This document shows, in pieces, positions 11,805 through 24,777 of a stretch of 64,000 bases of DNA. This DNA is from Malacoraja senta (taxonomy: Eukaryota). Position 1 is the stretch's first letter. Each line of letters begins with the position of its first letter. The notes under the pieces were generated by a model. It worked only from the letters and a program-made list of their open reading frames with translations. It was not told where the DNA came from and did no database searches. A program made the translations under genes and the position numbers. The DNA lies in contig CM075989.1 in the NCBI GenBank assembly GCA_038087875.1, positions 1,736,001 through 1,800,000 of the forward strand, read 5' to 3'.

Positions 11805-13690
11805 ATGGAGGTAGGTGGGTCTGGTTCCTACCAGCATGTAAATGGGGAACTGTACTAACAGGAGGTGTCTCACGAATGATAGTTATATACTTAACAGTAT
11901 TCGGGGATACAAAATAGAGTTCATTCAAGAAAACATGCCACCAGTTCAGCACATACCCCAAAGGGTCTTTACCCTCTCAGTCAAAGAGAACTAGAGGCTC
12001 AAGCAGAACTGGGGAGGTTACTTACAAAGGGTGTCATTGAGAAATCCAAACATGATCCTTTGGAATTTGTCTCAAATATATTTACCAAAAGCAAAAAAGA
12101 TGGTGGATGTCGCATCATCATTGACTTAACCTCACTAAATACCTTTGTTAAGTATGTACATTTCAAAATGGAAACATTTGTAACTGCTAAACAACTGATT
12201 TCCAAGGATACTTTATGGCAAGCATTGATTTAAAAGATGCCTACTATTCAGTACCCATTCACAAGGGTCATCGCAGATACCTGAAAATTTACCTGGATGG
12301 GGCAACTATGGCAGTATAAAGTATTGCCTAATGGGTTGACATCAGCCTTAGACTATTTACCAAGATATTAAAACCAGCCTTGGCAACATTAACGAAACAA
12401 AGACATATTGTCATGGCATATCTTGAAGATATCCTAATAGTTGGCAAAACCATGGAGTTGGCTAAATCAGCTGTATTAGCTACCAAACAATTGTTTGAAA
12501 CCGTGGGTTTGTCATACATCCAGATAAATCTAAGTTGACGCCATCCACAACTATGGACTGTCTGGGATTCACAATTAACTCAATCCACATGTCTGTAACG
12601 TTGCCAAAAGGTAAAGCAGCAGAATTGGCACAGATGTGCAACAATTTAATGGTAAGCAATCGACCAACCATCCGACAAGTGGCAAGAGTAATTGGCAAAA
12701 TGGTAGCAGCATTTTCAGCTACACAATTTGGACTCCTGCACTATCAGCACCTACAAAGGGCAAAAGTACAGGCGTTGAAACGACATACAGGTCACTTTGA
12801 CAGATCCATGAAACTACCCATTGAAGCAATATCACAGTTACAATGGTGGATATAACACATTTGGCATAGTTCCAGCCCTATCATCATCAATAACCCAACG
12901 TTAACTATACAAACAGATGCCAGTGCTCAAGGCTGGGGAGCAACTAATACCATATCCAGCACAGGTGGTAGATGGACTAACCTAGACTCGTCTTTACTAC
13001 AAACACTGGGCATAAATTATTTGGAAATGTTGGGTGCGTTTTATGGTTTTAAAGCATATTCTAGGAATATGCACAACTTGCATGTTCATTTACAAATTGA
13101 TAATATCACGGTGGTGGCCTATATTAACCATATGACCGGAATAAAATCGATATCATGTGACAATTGGGTCAACACAATCTGGTAATGGTGGGTCGATAGA
13201 CATATTGGCTATCAGCAACTTACCTACCAGGTAAGCTAAATACAGTGCCAGGTCATGCAAATTCAATGATAAACACCGAATGGATGTTAAATCCTAGAGC
13301 TTTACTAAAATTACAAACCAATATGGCACACCAGATATCGATCTCTTTGCATCCAGACTAAATCACCACGTACCAATGTATGTCCCTTGGGAACCACACC
13401 CTGAGGCAGCAGCGATAGATGCATTCGCGCTGAACTGGGAGACAGATTTCTTCTATGCTTTTTCCCCTTCTGCCTTAATCTGTAGGGTACTACGCAAAAT
13501 ACAGATGGACTCTGCCTCAGGTATTTTGATAGTACCAACTGGCCTACACAGCCATGATTCCCAGTGGTCCTCGACATGGTCATCGAAACTCCTATGACCT
13601 TTCCCAGTAGCCCAGACCTATTGACGCACCCTGTATCAGGCATAAGTCATCCATGCCATGCCAAAATTAACCTACTGGGTTGCAGATTAT
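11805..13690 (+). pseudogene. DIRS pol RT/RH/MT (copy C, many lesions)
   Basis: DGGCRIIIDL, IDLKDAY, RPTIRQVARVIGK, TDAS, DLFASRLN fragments. Confidence 0.9.
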
Positions 13691-14660
13691 CAAAAGACCA
13701 CTGCTGGGACTGGGATTGTCTGACAGGACCATCAACATGATGACACCGTATGTCCACCAGGAAACAATACCTATCGAGCATCAGGAAGTGGGAAAGATAC
13801 TGCTCGACTACTGGGACAACGTACTCATCTGCAACCATAACCAATGTACTGGAGTTCCTGGGGGGCCTTCACCATAATGAAGGATTGAGCTACAGCGCCA
13901 TCAATACTGCCAGACGTGCGCTGTCAGCCTACTTAAAACAGGTGCCAGGACAACAGGCCATAGGGTCTCACCCGCTGGTGATCAAACTCATGAGGAGTAT
14001 CGTCAACTCCAACCCTCTTAGACCTAGGTATACACAAATCTGGGATGTCAGTGTGGTCCTGACATACCTAAGGGGATGGTCCCCAGCCAGGTCTCTCACC
14101 CTGGAAAAGCTAACCCTGAAAACGGTCATGCTGATGCTACTAGTCTCAGCACAAAGAGTCCAGTCCCTCCACTTACTGCGACTGGACAACATGGTTATAA
14201 CACCAGACCGGGTCTCATTCACCATTCAGGAGCTGCTAAAGCAGAGCAAGCCAGGAACTTGAGTCCTAGTTATGGATTTCCGGGCATACCCACCTGACCT
14301 ACGGTTGTGTGTCATGACTCACTTATTCACTTACATCAACACAACAAGAGATTCTCGAGGGAGAAGGGAAAAAAAAATATATAATAATAATAAATAAAAA
14401 AGCCTTATGGGTCAGCCACAAGAAACCTCATGGTTGGGTGTCGAGCCAAACCATCTCGAGATGGCTCAAGCAGGTACTGGGAGCTGCTGGAGTAGATACT
14501 GATGTATATACATCTCACTCCACCAGGGCAGCATCCACATCGGCGGCTAAAAGAATGAACATGGAGAAAACGTTCCAAACGTTCTACCACAAGCCGCTAG
14601 CAGAACCTGTGTTATTTGCAGAAAGAGTTTTAAAATCTGCAAAAATATATAATTTAAGCC
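13686..14660 (+). pseudogene. DIRS tyrosine recombinase (copy C, disrupted)
   Basis: STRKQYL..W, SAQRVQSL, HSTRAAS; A-rich insert at about 14368-14400; GWS segment deleted. Confidence 0.9.
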
Positions 14661-15158
14661 CGGGGGGGGTGCATTTTGTCTTTTGTTATTGTTTAATAGA
14701 TACCATTATTGTTTACAAACAGATTATGGTTGATTACGATAACATACTTCCTCCCTTGAATGACTTCGGCAGCGAGTGAAGTATGAACTGTTACACGGTT
14801 TGAAATCACAGAGCTTTAAAATCTTCACGTAGTCACTCACGTGACTCCGAAGTAAAATAGTAAGATTAAACGAGAACTTACCAGTTTGAAGTTTGATCTG
14901 TATTTTATGAGGAGTTACGATGAGGGATTACGTGACCTCCGCTCCCACCCTCAAATATATAGATCAACAGGTATCTTAGTTCTCCTTTTCTTTACTATGT
15001 TTATTTCAATTATTGTGTTTCCTGTGATTCCACACCGCTGCTTTGAAGAATGTCGCGCATGCGTGCTGGACGGGGTCTTCACGTAATCCCTCATCGTAAC
15101 TCCTCATAAAATACAGATCAAACTTCAAACTGGTAAGTTCTCATTTAATCTTACTATT

Positions 15159-18100
15159 TTATCATGCAGAGGATGGTTTACCGAGTTAAGGCTAAACCAG
15201 CAAATCTTTGTGTCTAGAAATAACCACATAAGGTTCTATTATCATTCCCCACATCAGCAGGAACCATGGCTGTAAAGGCCAGTCATGCACTACGAAGAAG
15301 CCTGAAGCAGGAACTAGCTGATTTTTTTGCAAGACCCGTCTGATGAGGCAAAATGGAAGGAGACATAAAAGAACATTCCTCCCCAGTGTAGCGAGAATGC
15401 ATCCATCGCCACTGATATGCCACATATTGTTTGCAACTGGTGATTGAGCCTGGATGCAAATATCTGGATCTTTTAGTGTTCCATCGAGCTACAATGTCAT
15501 TAAATACTTTGTGATCCAACATCCATTCTGTGTTATCATTGATTTTACATAATGATACACCAGTGCCAAATGAGGGTAGGTAAACTATCACTGGATACTT
15601 TAACTTGGTTGCACCCATGTGATTAACATACCACCACCAAAGTGCATCAACTTGGACGAGCATCCAGATCATGCATATCCGCACAAACCTTTAACCCATA
15701 GAATGCACCTAGTGTCTATAGGTAGTTGATACCTTTAACTGAAGAATTGGCAACTCATGCAATCCCATCCGCCTCCGTAACTAGAGATGGTATTAGTAAT
15801 TTTCCATCTTGAGCAATAGCATCAGTTTGTAATTAACTGAAGATTTACTGCTGAAAAGTTAGTGGAGCAATGCTGAATACTGTTTGTCCACCATGGTGAC
15901 TTTGATGGTTTCAGCTGGAATAGCATAGGTCTGGTAACAATGACCTATGTGGTACTTGAGAGCTTGCTCCTTTGTACGTGTACACTGATAATGCAAAGGC
16001 CAAATAGCACAGCTGAAAGCCAATATATTGCCAATTATAATTGATGAATATGGCTGCTTGATAACACCAACAAGGTTGTTACAGGCTTCAATTAATTCCA
16101 ATCTTTTGCCTCAGGGCGGAATCCCAGACAAATGAATAGAGTTAAAGGTAAATCCCAATAAATAATCATTTCAGTTGGTATCAACTTAAATGTAACTGGA
16201 TGGGTGAGAAACCCAATTTCTCAAATATAGTTTGGTGGCTGATACAGCTAATTTAACAAATTACAGCGTTTAGAATGTCATCCCGCTGGCCATGAGAATT
16301 GTTTTTTAGCTCTGAGCAGTTGAAGCACTGGTTTTAGTAATTTGGTAAATAACCTGGGAGCTGAAGTTAGCCCATTTTGCAACGCTTCTAAATGTATCAT
16401 TGCCCCATTCAGCTAAATTTCAAATATCTCCGGTGCCCTGTGAATGGAAACTGATCCCATGGAAGTTAAACAGTCACGAAGTTTCCTATTCAGAAATGTC
16501 TATACTGCACATGCGAGTTGAACCTGTTGACAATGAACAGGCCACATCTGCCATAATTGCGAGCCTGCCTTGAAAGGCAACTCCCTTGCTTGTTTGCTGT
16601 GCAATATAAACTAATCTCATGTTATCATTGTCATCTGTACAAAAACCAAGTGTAAATATTACCAACTTGTATCCGTGACAGGAGGCATCATATGGCTCCA
16701 TCTTCATCCTTCATACCTCCGAATGGGAGGACTTATGCAACCTGAACCAGGAGCTGCCTCAGGCATGTGCGCATGTATTGTAGCACCATCTCCATCACTA
16801 CGTTCGATCGAGTGGGAGGAATTGCAACCCTGAAACAGGTGTCGCTTCAGGCACATGTGCACTTCCGTAGCACCCTCTACCACTCCGTTTCTTTGAGTGG
16901 GAGGAAATTTGCAACCCTGAACCAGGAGCTGCTACCTGACATGCCTTAGGATGGAGCGTTCTTGACTGCGATGAGTCGCAATCTTGTCTGACATAGTTGC
17001 CCAAGACTTGGCACTCACTCTGAGTTGAGGTTTGTCAGGTTGCTTCCTTCAGCAGCCGCCAGGATTAGTTGCTCCTTTCCGATGCCAATGCAGTCTACAG
17101 GGAAGGACTGGAGCGCCTCTAGCCCCCGTATGCCAGACATAGTGGGAGAAATGCTGGAAAAACCTGCCAGTTATTTGTCATAGGCAAAGACGTTTACATA
17201 AACGAAGACGCCCACCCAGTTAAATCAAAGATTTGATTACTTTATTGATATGAATAAACCCGGAGTCTCGGGGAAGAATCTTCCACAGTCCCTTTAATGA
17301 GCGGAATTACCATGACACCACTATGTGTAGAACTGAAACAATTAATCAGAGGGTATCAGCATAATGGTGCCTACCCTGTATAGCCATATACTTGAAAGAA
17401 TACACTATAACTGCTAATGCCATGGAGGCGTAGGGGTGTTTATGCCGTTAGTAACGCTCATGAATGGAAGCATGTGCCATGGACATTCCTCCGGGGTTGG
17501 GGTCAGTCACACACTGACCCATGCATGCCTCTCTACAGAGAGGGAGATCTGTGAGCAGCCCTGTACCCAGGTGCTGCCGTAAACCTTCGTGGACCTTGTG
17601 CTGATATGGCCCTGTTATAGTCGACCATATCAGGCTGGGTAAGACGTCCGAGGACGTATCCTAGCATGTCGGAGGGGACCCTCCTGGCCAGGCTCGTCCA
17701 GCCCGGGCCTCTCCGACTTTGTTTGGTTGCCTACCTTTGGGCTGCCCAAGTCGAAGTCGCTCCACCGTGCGAACCCGACGGCCACCGGCTACCCGCTCTC
17801 CCGTGGTCTGTAGCCGACATCTCTGTAGGTAATGTAGTGGCTTATCCTCCAAGCGGGGTTGCCTGGGTGCTCCTGGCACCAGTCTGAATCCGCTGGCTCC
17901 ACCGCCAGCGAACCGAAAAGGCGAATTCGACCGCCGCCCGCTACCCAGCATTCCGTGGTCTCCGTAGCGGGTTCCCCGTGGACCCTGTAGAAGGGATTCC
18001 CCGCAAAGTCCATGTCGGGTTTTCCCCGCGGTTTTCGCAGCCGGGATTCCCTCTGCGGTCCCTGTAGAAGGGCTTCCCCACGATGTCTGTGGTCGGGCCC

Positions 18101-18402
18101 CCCCCCCCGAGCCGGATCCCCGCAGTTTTCGCAGCCGGGATCCCCCCCCTCCCCCCGTGGTCCCTGTAGAAGGGAGCCGGGTGAAGCCGGGATTTCGACC
18201 CCGGAACGTCTCCAGCTAGAACTCTGTAAAGAGCCTCCTGCAAGGAGAAAACAGACCTGGAAAAAGTTCAAACTTACCATCAGGTTTGACCGCTAGTGGA
18301 GCAGCGCTCCCACCAGCCGTCGTTGCGCAATGCGTTAGACGATATGATGCGCATGCGGGCTGGCGGGGTCTTCACGTAGTCACTCACGTGACTCCGAAGT
18401 AA
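15159..18402 (-). mobile_element. DIRS copy D, 5' part (left ITR, gag, deleted RT/RH/MT)
   Basis: Minus-strand left end TTACTTCGGAGTCACGTGAGTGACTACGTGAAG at 18402; NDNTEWMLD, YVNHMG and SAPRLFTKLLK remnants; continuous with 4794-5814 once B+C are removed. Confidence 0.88.
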
Positions 18403-18461
18403 AATAGCCACTTATGCCGCTGACTCTAGACCTCTCATACTTTTATAAACCTCCTGCAGAT

Positions 18462-18845
18462 CAGGGTTCAGAGAAAGATTAAGTGGAGGAACAGCATCTC
18501 ATATTTCGCTTGGGCAGCTTACAGCCCAGCAGTATGAATATTGATTTCTCTTACTTCAAGTAACCCTGGCATTCCCTCTCTCTCTATCCCTCCCCCACCC
18601 AAGTTGCACCAGCTTCTTGTTTTCACCCAACAAACAGCTAACAATGACCTGTTTCCTTTATCACCGTTATTTTTTGCATATCTTTCATTCATTGTTCTTT
18701 ATCTCTCTACATCATTGTCTCTATCCCTCGTTTCCCTTACCGCTACCCAGTCTGAAGAAGGGTCTCGACCCGAAACATCACCCATTCCTTCTCTCCAGAG
18801 ATGCTGCCTGTCTCGCTGAGTTACTCCAGCTTTTTGTGTCTATGT
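18462..18845 (+). mobile_element. Penelope-like element 3' fragment (GIY-YIG C-terminus, 3'UTR, hammerhead motif)
   Basis: EEQHLIFRLGSLQP..MNI matches 32370-32447; CTGAAGA-stem-GAAA at about 18752-18776. Confidence 0.88.
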
Positions 18846-18847
18846 AA

Positions 18848-19305
18848 AATTAAGAGGATGTTGCCAGGACTAGAGGGTGTGAGCTATATGGAGAGGTTTT
18901 TGTAGGCTGGGTCTTGGAGCGCAGGAGGATGAAGAGTTATCTTATAAAGGTGTATAAGATAATGAAAGGAATAGATCGGGTAGATGCACGGTGTCTCTTG
19001 TCCAGAGTAGGTGAATCGAGGACCAGTGGACAAAGGTTTAAGGTGAAGGGGAAAAGATTTAATAGAAATCTGAAGGGTAACTTTTTCACACAAAGGGTGG
19101 TGGATGTATGGAACAAACTGCCAGAGGAGGTAGTTGAGGCTGGGACTATAACGATATTTAAAATATATTTGGACAGGTGCATGAATAGGACAGGTATGGA
19201 AGGATATGGACCGAACACTGGGAGGTAGGGCTAGTGTAACTGGGACATGTTGGCCGGTGTGAGCAAGTTGGGCTAAAGGGCCTGTATCCACACTCTATGA
19301 CTCTA
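18848..19305 (+). mobile_element. CR1 LINE 3' fragment
   Basis: ERRRM..LIKVYKIMKG, NFFTQRVV.VWNKLP; CTATGACT-type tail. Confidence 0.88.
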
Positions 19306-19960
19306 TCTCTCATTTCTTTCCATCATATTAATGGCTCTTTAGCTCTTTTTAAATCTTTTAGTTCCTATTGGATCTGGACTTGTGACAGTTTACTGCATCT
19401 TTCTCCTTGGCACTGGAGTGGCCGTTCAATGTATCAACAATAGCAAAAGGGGCACAGGATCTGAATAAATGTCACAGCTGGTAGAGCAACAGTCCCACCC
19501 AGAGCCAGTAACAACTGCAAATGTCACTGAAAAGAAATTCAGCCTGGTATTTTTATTTCAATTCCACGTTTCCTATTCAGGTGGCTGCAGTATCTTCCTC
19601 CCACCCCCAGCGGCTGCCTGTTCGTTCATGAGCACTCACTTTAAACTGCTAAAAACTATCTGTGTGGGAACATTACTCTGATTTCCAGCAATTGGAAAGT
19701 TCTGCAGTTTAACATAGACCAGTAACAAAAATCACATGCAGAAATATTCAGAGCAAATAATAAGGAGCCTGATTGTGGGCAAATATTGTCCACAATCGAT
19801 GTATTCATCGAGTGACAGAGAAAGACCTCTGCTCTCTGCCAAATCTGCACAGTTAATGAATTGCCCACTTCCCTGCTTTGCCTGTGACTCGAGCAGAATT
19901 ATTACACACAATTGGTTACTTGACTGGCCTGGTAAAAGCGGAATCTGTCACAGTTTAATG

Positions 19961-20157
19961 GTGTGTAGAAAGGGACCTGCAGATGCTGGTTTAAACCGGA
20001 AAGAGACACAAAGTGCTGGAGTAACTCAGCAGGGCAGGCTGCTGCCTCTAGAGAGAAGGAATGGGTGATGTTTCAGACTGAAGAAGGGTCTCGACCTGAA
20101 ATATGACCCATTCCTTCTCTGCAGAGATGCAGCCTGTCCTGCTGAGTTACTCCAGGA
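19961..20157. repeat. Inverted pair of PLE tails centred on the hammerhead motif
   Basis: CTGGAGTAACTCAGCAGG arm vs CCTGCTGAGTTACTCCAG arm. Confidence 0.8.
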
Positions 20158-20158
20158 T

Positions 20159-20358
20159 NNNNNNNNNNNNNNNNNNNNNNNNNNNNNNNNNNNNNNNNNN
20201 NNNNNNNNNNNNNNNNNNNNNNNNNNNNNNNNNNNNNNNNNNNNNNNNNNNNNNNNNNNNNNNNNNNNNNNNNNNNNNNNNNNNNNNNNNNNNNNNNNNN
20301 NNNNNNNNNNNNNNNNNNNNNNNNNNNNNNNNNNNNNNNNNNNNNNNNNNNNNNNNNN
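20159..20358. other. Assembly gap (200 N)
   Basis: Run of N. Confidence 1.
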
Positions 20359-22752
20359 CTACCAAATTCACCAATTTGGGTCAAATATATTCCCTCGGAA
20401 AAAAAAAAAAAGAAAGGATGGAGGATGTAGGATTATTATAGACTTGACAAGTCTGAATCCTTTTGTTCAGTGTCTGTTCACTTGGAAGAAATGAAGTATC
20501 TTAAATTTACATGGATGAACCAGTTAGGGCTCTGCCTAATGGGTTAACGTCCGCTCCCAGAATATTCATGAAATTGTTAAAATCTTACTATTCAGCGTTG
20601 CTCCACTAAACCTTTCATCCGTAAATCTTCAGTCAATTCCAAACTGATGCAATTACTCAAAGATGGAAAATTACTAATACCATCTCTAGTTACGGAGGCA
20701 GATGGGATTAGCATGAGTTATCAATTGTTCAGTTATGGTATCAACTGCCAATGGACACCAGGTGCATTCTGTGCATTAAAGGGTGTGTGAATATGCATAA
20801 TCTGCATCCACAAGTCCAAGGTGATACACTTTGGTGGTGGTATATGTTAATCACAAGGGTGAAATCAAATCAAAGTATCCGGTGATAGTTTACCTAACCG
20901 CATTTAGCACTGGTGTATCATTATGTAAAATCAATGACAACACAGAATGGATGTGCGATCACAAAGTATTTAATGACATTGTGGCTCGATGGAACACTGA
21001 CGATCGAGAGGTTTGCATCCTGGCTCAATCACCAGTTGCAGAAAATACGAGGCATATCAATGGCGATGGGTGCATTCTCGTTACACTAGGGAGGAATGTT
21101 CTTTTATGTCTTCCTCCATTTGGCCTCATTAGACGGGTCTTGCAAAATTCAGCAAGTTTCCCACTTCCGGCATTTTCGTAGTTCCTGCCTGGTTTATATA
21201 CCCATGGTTCCCGCTGATGTGGAGAATGATCATAAAACCTTACATGGTTATTTCTGGACACAAAAAATTGCTGGTTCAGCTGTGATGTGGAAACCATCCT
21301 CTGCATGATATAATCAATTCATTGACTTGCAGACTCTGAGAGACCGTTCCTGCGGCTCGGGTTGTTTAACCAAAAGCCTTGGAAGTGCTCACTGCAGATT
21401 GCAGGGATAGCACCAAATAGCAGCATTCCTCATAAGGAGATGGGAGGTATGGTTTATGCTTATTTACATTTAACTCAGCATGGATGACTGACGCCTTGAA
21501 ATTCAGTTTATATGGCATTTTATAGCATTAAGTTAAAGTTCCATTTACTGTGCCTGAAGTACCTCCTCATCATTTGGCTGCGGGGAACAGAAACCACTCT
21601 GTCGGGTCTCATCCTCTGACATCTAGATTATGAAGGTTATCGTCAATTTAAAACCTCCTAGGCCTAGGGACACAGAGATATGGGTTGTTAACATTGTGCT
21701 ATGTCACTTTGCCGAAGGGCTCCAACAACATCCCTGTCCTTGGTCAAACTCACTGACTAGTGGTTATGCCATGGCGCTGAGTACAGCGCAACGGGTCCAG
21801 TCATTGCTACACTGGATAGGATGATCATATCTCCGGGCAATAATAACATGTTATGTTTATGATTAAGTCAAGCAGAGTAGACAGGGACATAGACCAAACT
21901 AGATGTTGCATATCCCATGGACCTTGGGTTGTGTGTGATCACGCATCTACACCAGTATGTCAAGGTCCCTAAGAGCCTTATAGACTCTGACTAGCAATAT
22001 TGTTAGTTACATAAAACCTTGTTAGAAGGTATCACTCCAGACCTTCTCCAGGGGGTTAAATGGGTCTGGCTTATGCAGGAGTGAACATTGACATTTTGGG
22101 TCTCACTCCACCAGGACCGCAACACCTCAGCAGCAGGGTTATGGACCACATCCTAGCGGCTGCAGGATGGTCAAACAAACGATCTGTCCAAATATTCAGA
22201 ATAAACCCATTGCCAGATCGGGGGTATTTGCCAACTCTATGTTAGGTCTGTTTCATAACTTCTTCCCGGTTGAGGGAGGTTACTATTGCCACTATTGTTC
22301 ATTAATAGCATCAACATGTTTATATCTATGTCATGTCTGAATGCGTTATTAATGTTCACTCATCATTGGCCTACTGATGCAGTTTATGACGCCTGGACTC
22401 GTTTCCACAGCATGAAATCACAGAGCTTTAAAATCTTCACTTGACCGAAGTAAAATAGTAAGATTAAACGAGAACTTACCAGTTTAAAGTTTGATCTTTA
22501 TTTTATGAGGAGTAACGTTGAGGGATTACGTGCCCTCCACACCCACCCTCTATCATAAAGGTCAACTGGTATTCTTGTTTCTCTTATCTTACTATGTTTA
22601 ATTCAATAACTGTTGTCTGTGATTTCACACCGCTGCTTTGAAGATTGACACGCATGCGTGCTGGCGGAGTCTTCACGTCATCCCTCAACGTTATTCCTCA
22701 TAAAATAAAGATCAAACTTCAAACGGGTAAGTTCTCGTTTAATCTTACTGTT
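20359..22752 (+). mobile_element. DIRS copy E (degenerate; 5' part lost in or before the gap), same lineage as D
   Basis: RT, RH/MT and YR remnants; ICR about 22434-22532; right ITR ending AATCTTACTGTT. Confidence 0.88.
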
Positions 22753-22767
22753 ATAAATCACAATTTT

Positions 22768-23435
22768 AGAACATAGAACATAGAACAGTACAGCACAAGA
22801 ACAGGCTCTTTGGCCCACAATGTCTGTGCCAAACATAATGCCAAGACCATCTGTTATTCACCTTCACACAATCCATATCCCTGCATATCCCATATTCCTT
22901 GTATATCCATATACCTATCCAATAGCCTCTTTAGTGCAACTATGATATCTGCTTCCACCACCAATCCTGGCAACGCATTTCAGGCACTCACCACCCTCTG
23001 GGTAAAAAAGAAAAATCCTGCCCCCACACATCTCAATTATAAACTAAACTGAACTCGTCCAAACTTTGCCTCTTTGGCCTTAAAGCTACTGTACGTCCTC
23101 TAGTATTTTATTTTCCATCCTGGGAGAAAAGGTTCTGACTGTCTACCCTATCTATATCTCTCATAATTTTATATACACCTCCCCGCAACCTCTGGCATTC
23201 CAGAGAAAGCAATTCAAGTATGTCCAACCTCTCCCTGTAACTAATACCCTCCAATCCGGCCATCATTCTCATAAACCTACTCTGCACCCTTTCTAAAGCC
23301 TCCACATCCTTCCTGTAATGGGGCGACCAGAACTGCACGCAATACTCCAGATGTGGCCTAACCAATAGAGCTGCATCATGACTCATGCTCAATTGATTCA
23401 TACTCAATGCCCTGACCTATGAAGGTAAGCATACC
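22768..23435 (-). mobile_element. CR1 LINE 3' fragment
   Basis: LVRPHLEYCVQFWSPH..KDV..LERVQ; (TTCTATG)n tail. Confidence 0.88.
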
Positions 23436-23830
23436 TTTAGAAAAGAATTCCCAAACTTAATTTCAATTCATTTTAATAAAGTATCTGAGTAACAGCGAAT
23501 GGACATAACATTTGTAAGAATCTCGATGTCATCTGGAGCTGTGTAGCCACCAAACTCATTTCAGAGTGAGAGGGATGTGGGTTTGCACTTCAGAAACTGG
23601 GGCATAAAAGTCGAGGCTGACCCTCTCATTGAGAGTGTGTAGGCAGGAACTGCTGGTTTACACTGAAGATAGACACAAAATGCTGGAGTAACTCAGCGGA
23701 TCAGCCAGCATCTCTGGAGAAAAGGAATACAGGTAGGTGACATTTGGGGTCAAGACCCTTCTTTAGACTCTTGTTGAGTGATTGTTTTACGGGAGGATAA
23801 GATTCTATTGCCACCAGTCCCCTCGGGTAG

Positions 23831-24530
23831 TTCAAGGTTTCAAGGTTTCAAGGCCAGTTTATTGTCACATGTACCAATTAAGGTAAAGTGAAATTCGAAT
23901 TACCATATAGCCGTACTAAAAAAATGCAACAAGACACATGACTACATAAAAATTTACATAAACTTCCACCACAGTGCATTCCCCATGTTCCTCACTGTGA
24001 TGGAAGACAATCAAGTCCAATCTCCTTCCTCTTTATTCTCCCGCGCTAGGGGGCAGTCGAACCATCCACAGTCGGGGTGATCGAAGTCCCCGCAGCCGGC
24101 GGTCAAAGCCCCCACTTCGGGGTGATCGAAACTCCTGCGACTTGGAGTCCCTGATGTCGGTCTCTAACCAGAGACCGCGGGCTCCGCGATGTTAAAGTCC
24201 GTCGGCACCCACAGTTGGAGCCCCAAAGATGACCCCCGCCAGGGATCGCGGGCTCCGTGATGGTAAGTCCCGCTGGCTCCCATGCTGGAGCCACTGGTCA
24301 ATCTCCAGCAAAGGCTGCCAACTCCTCGATGTTAGGTCGCAGTCCGGACGGAGATACGATACGGGAAAAATCGCACCTCTGTCGAGGTAAGAGATTAGAA
24401 AAAGTTTCTGCCAACTCCCCACCCAAACCCCCACATAAAACAAGCTAACGAACACTGAAAACATACATTTAACATATACAAAACAGACACAAGGAAGGAA
24501 AGGACAAACAGACCAAGTTGAATAATGGCA
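23831..24530 (-). mobile_element. Non-autonomous retroposon with a Rex1-like 3' end
   Basis: Minus-strand end TTCAC...CATGTGACAATAAA plus (CCTTGAAA)n, resembling the Rex1 tail at 43620-43670; GC-rich non-coding body. Confidence 0.55.
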
Positions 24531-24777
24531 TTGTTGTAAAAACGCAAGATGAGAGCTGTGGATCCGTGAGCAATGCTTTCTCTCAGTACTCTTGTATACA
24601 GAACTTATAACACCCAAGGCCAGCACTCAGCGAGTGCAACACTGCACGAAATGCTGTCTCTTGGTAAAATCTTTAAACTGGGGCACATTTACTCTGGGGT
24701 TGGCGTATATTTTAAGAAACATGGGGAAGTTATTGCCAATGCTTTGGTCATGATAACCCTTCAATCACTTCAATCAT

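Larger units (their letters stand above)
10464..15158 (+). mobile_element. DIRS1-like retrotransposon copy C (both termini present)
   Basis: Left ITR GAAGACCCCGTCCAGCACGCATGCGCGACATT pairs with 15049-15080; ICR 14822-14934; degenerate gag, pol and YR. Confidence 0.95.

Noticed and set aside
5815..15158. B and C as a tandem duplication or assembly artefact
   Set aside because: Internal sequences, lesions and inner ITRs differ substantially
20073..20441. ORFs spanning the N run
   Set aside because: Gap artefacts
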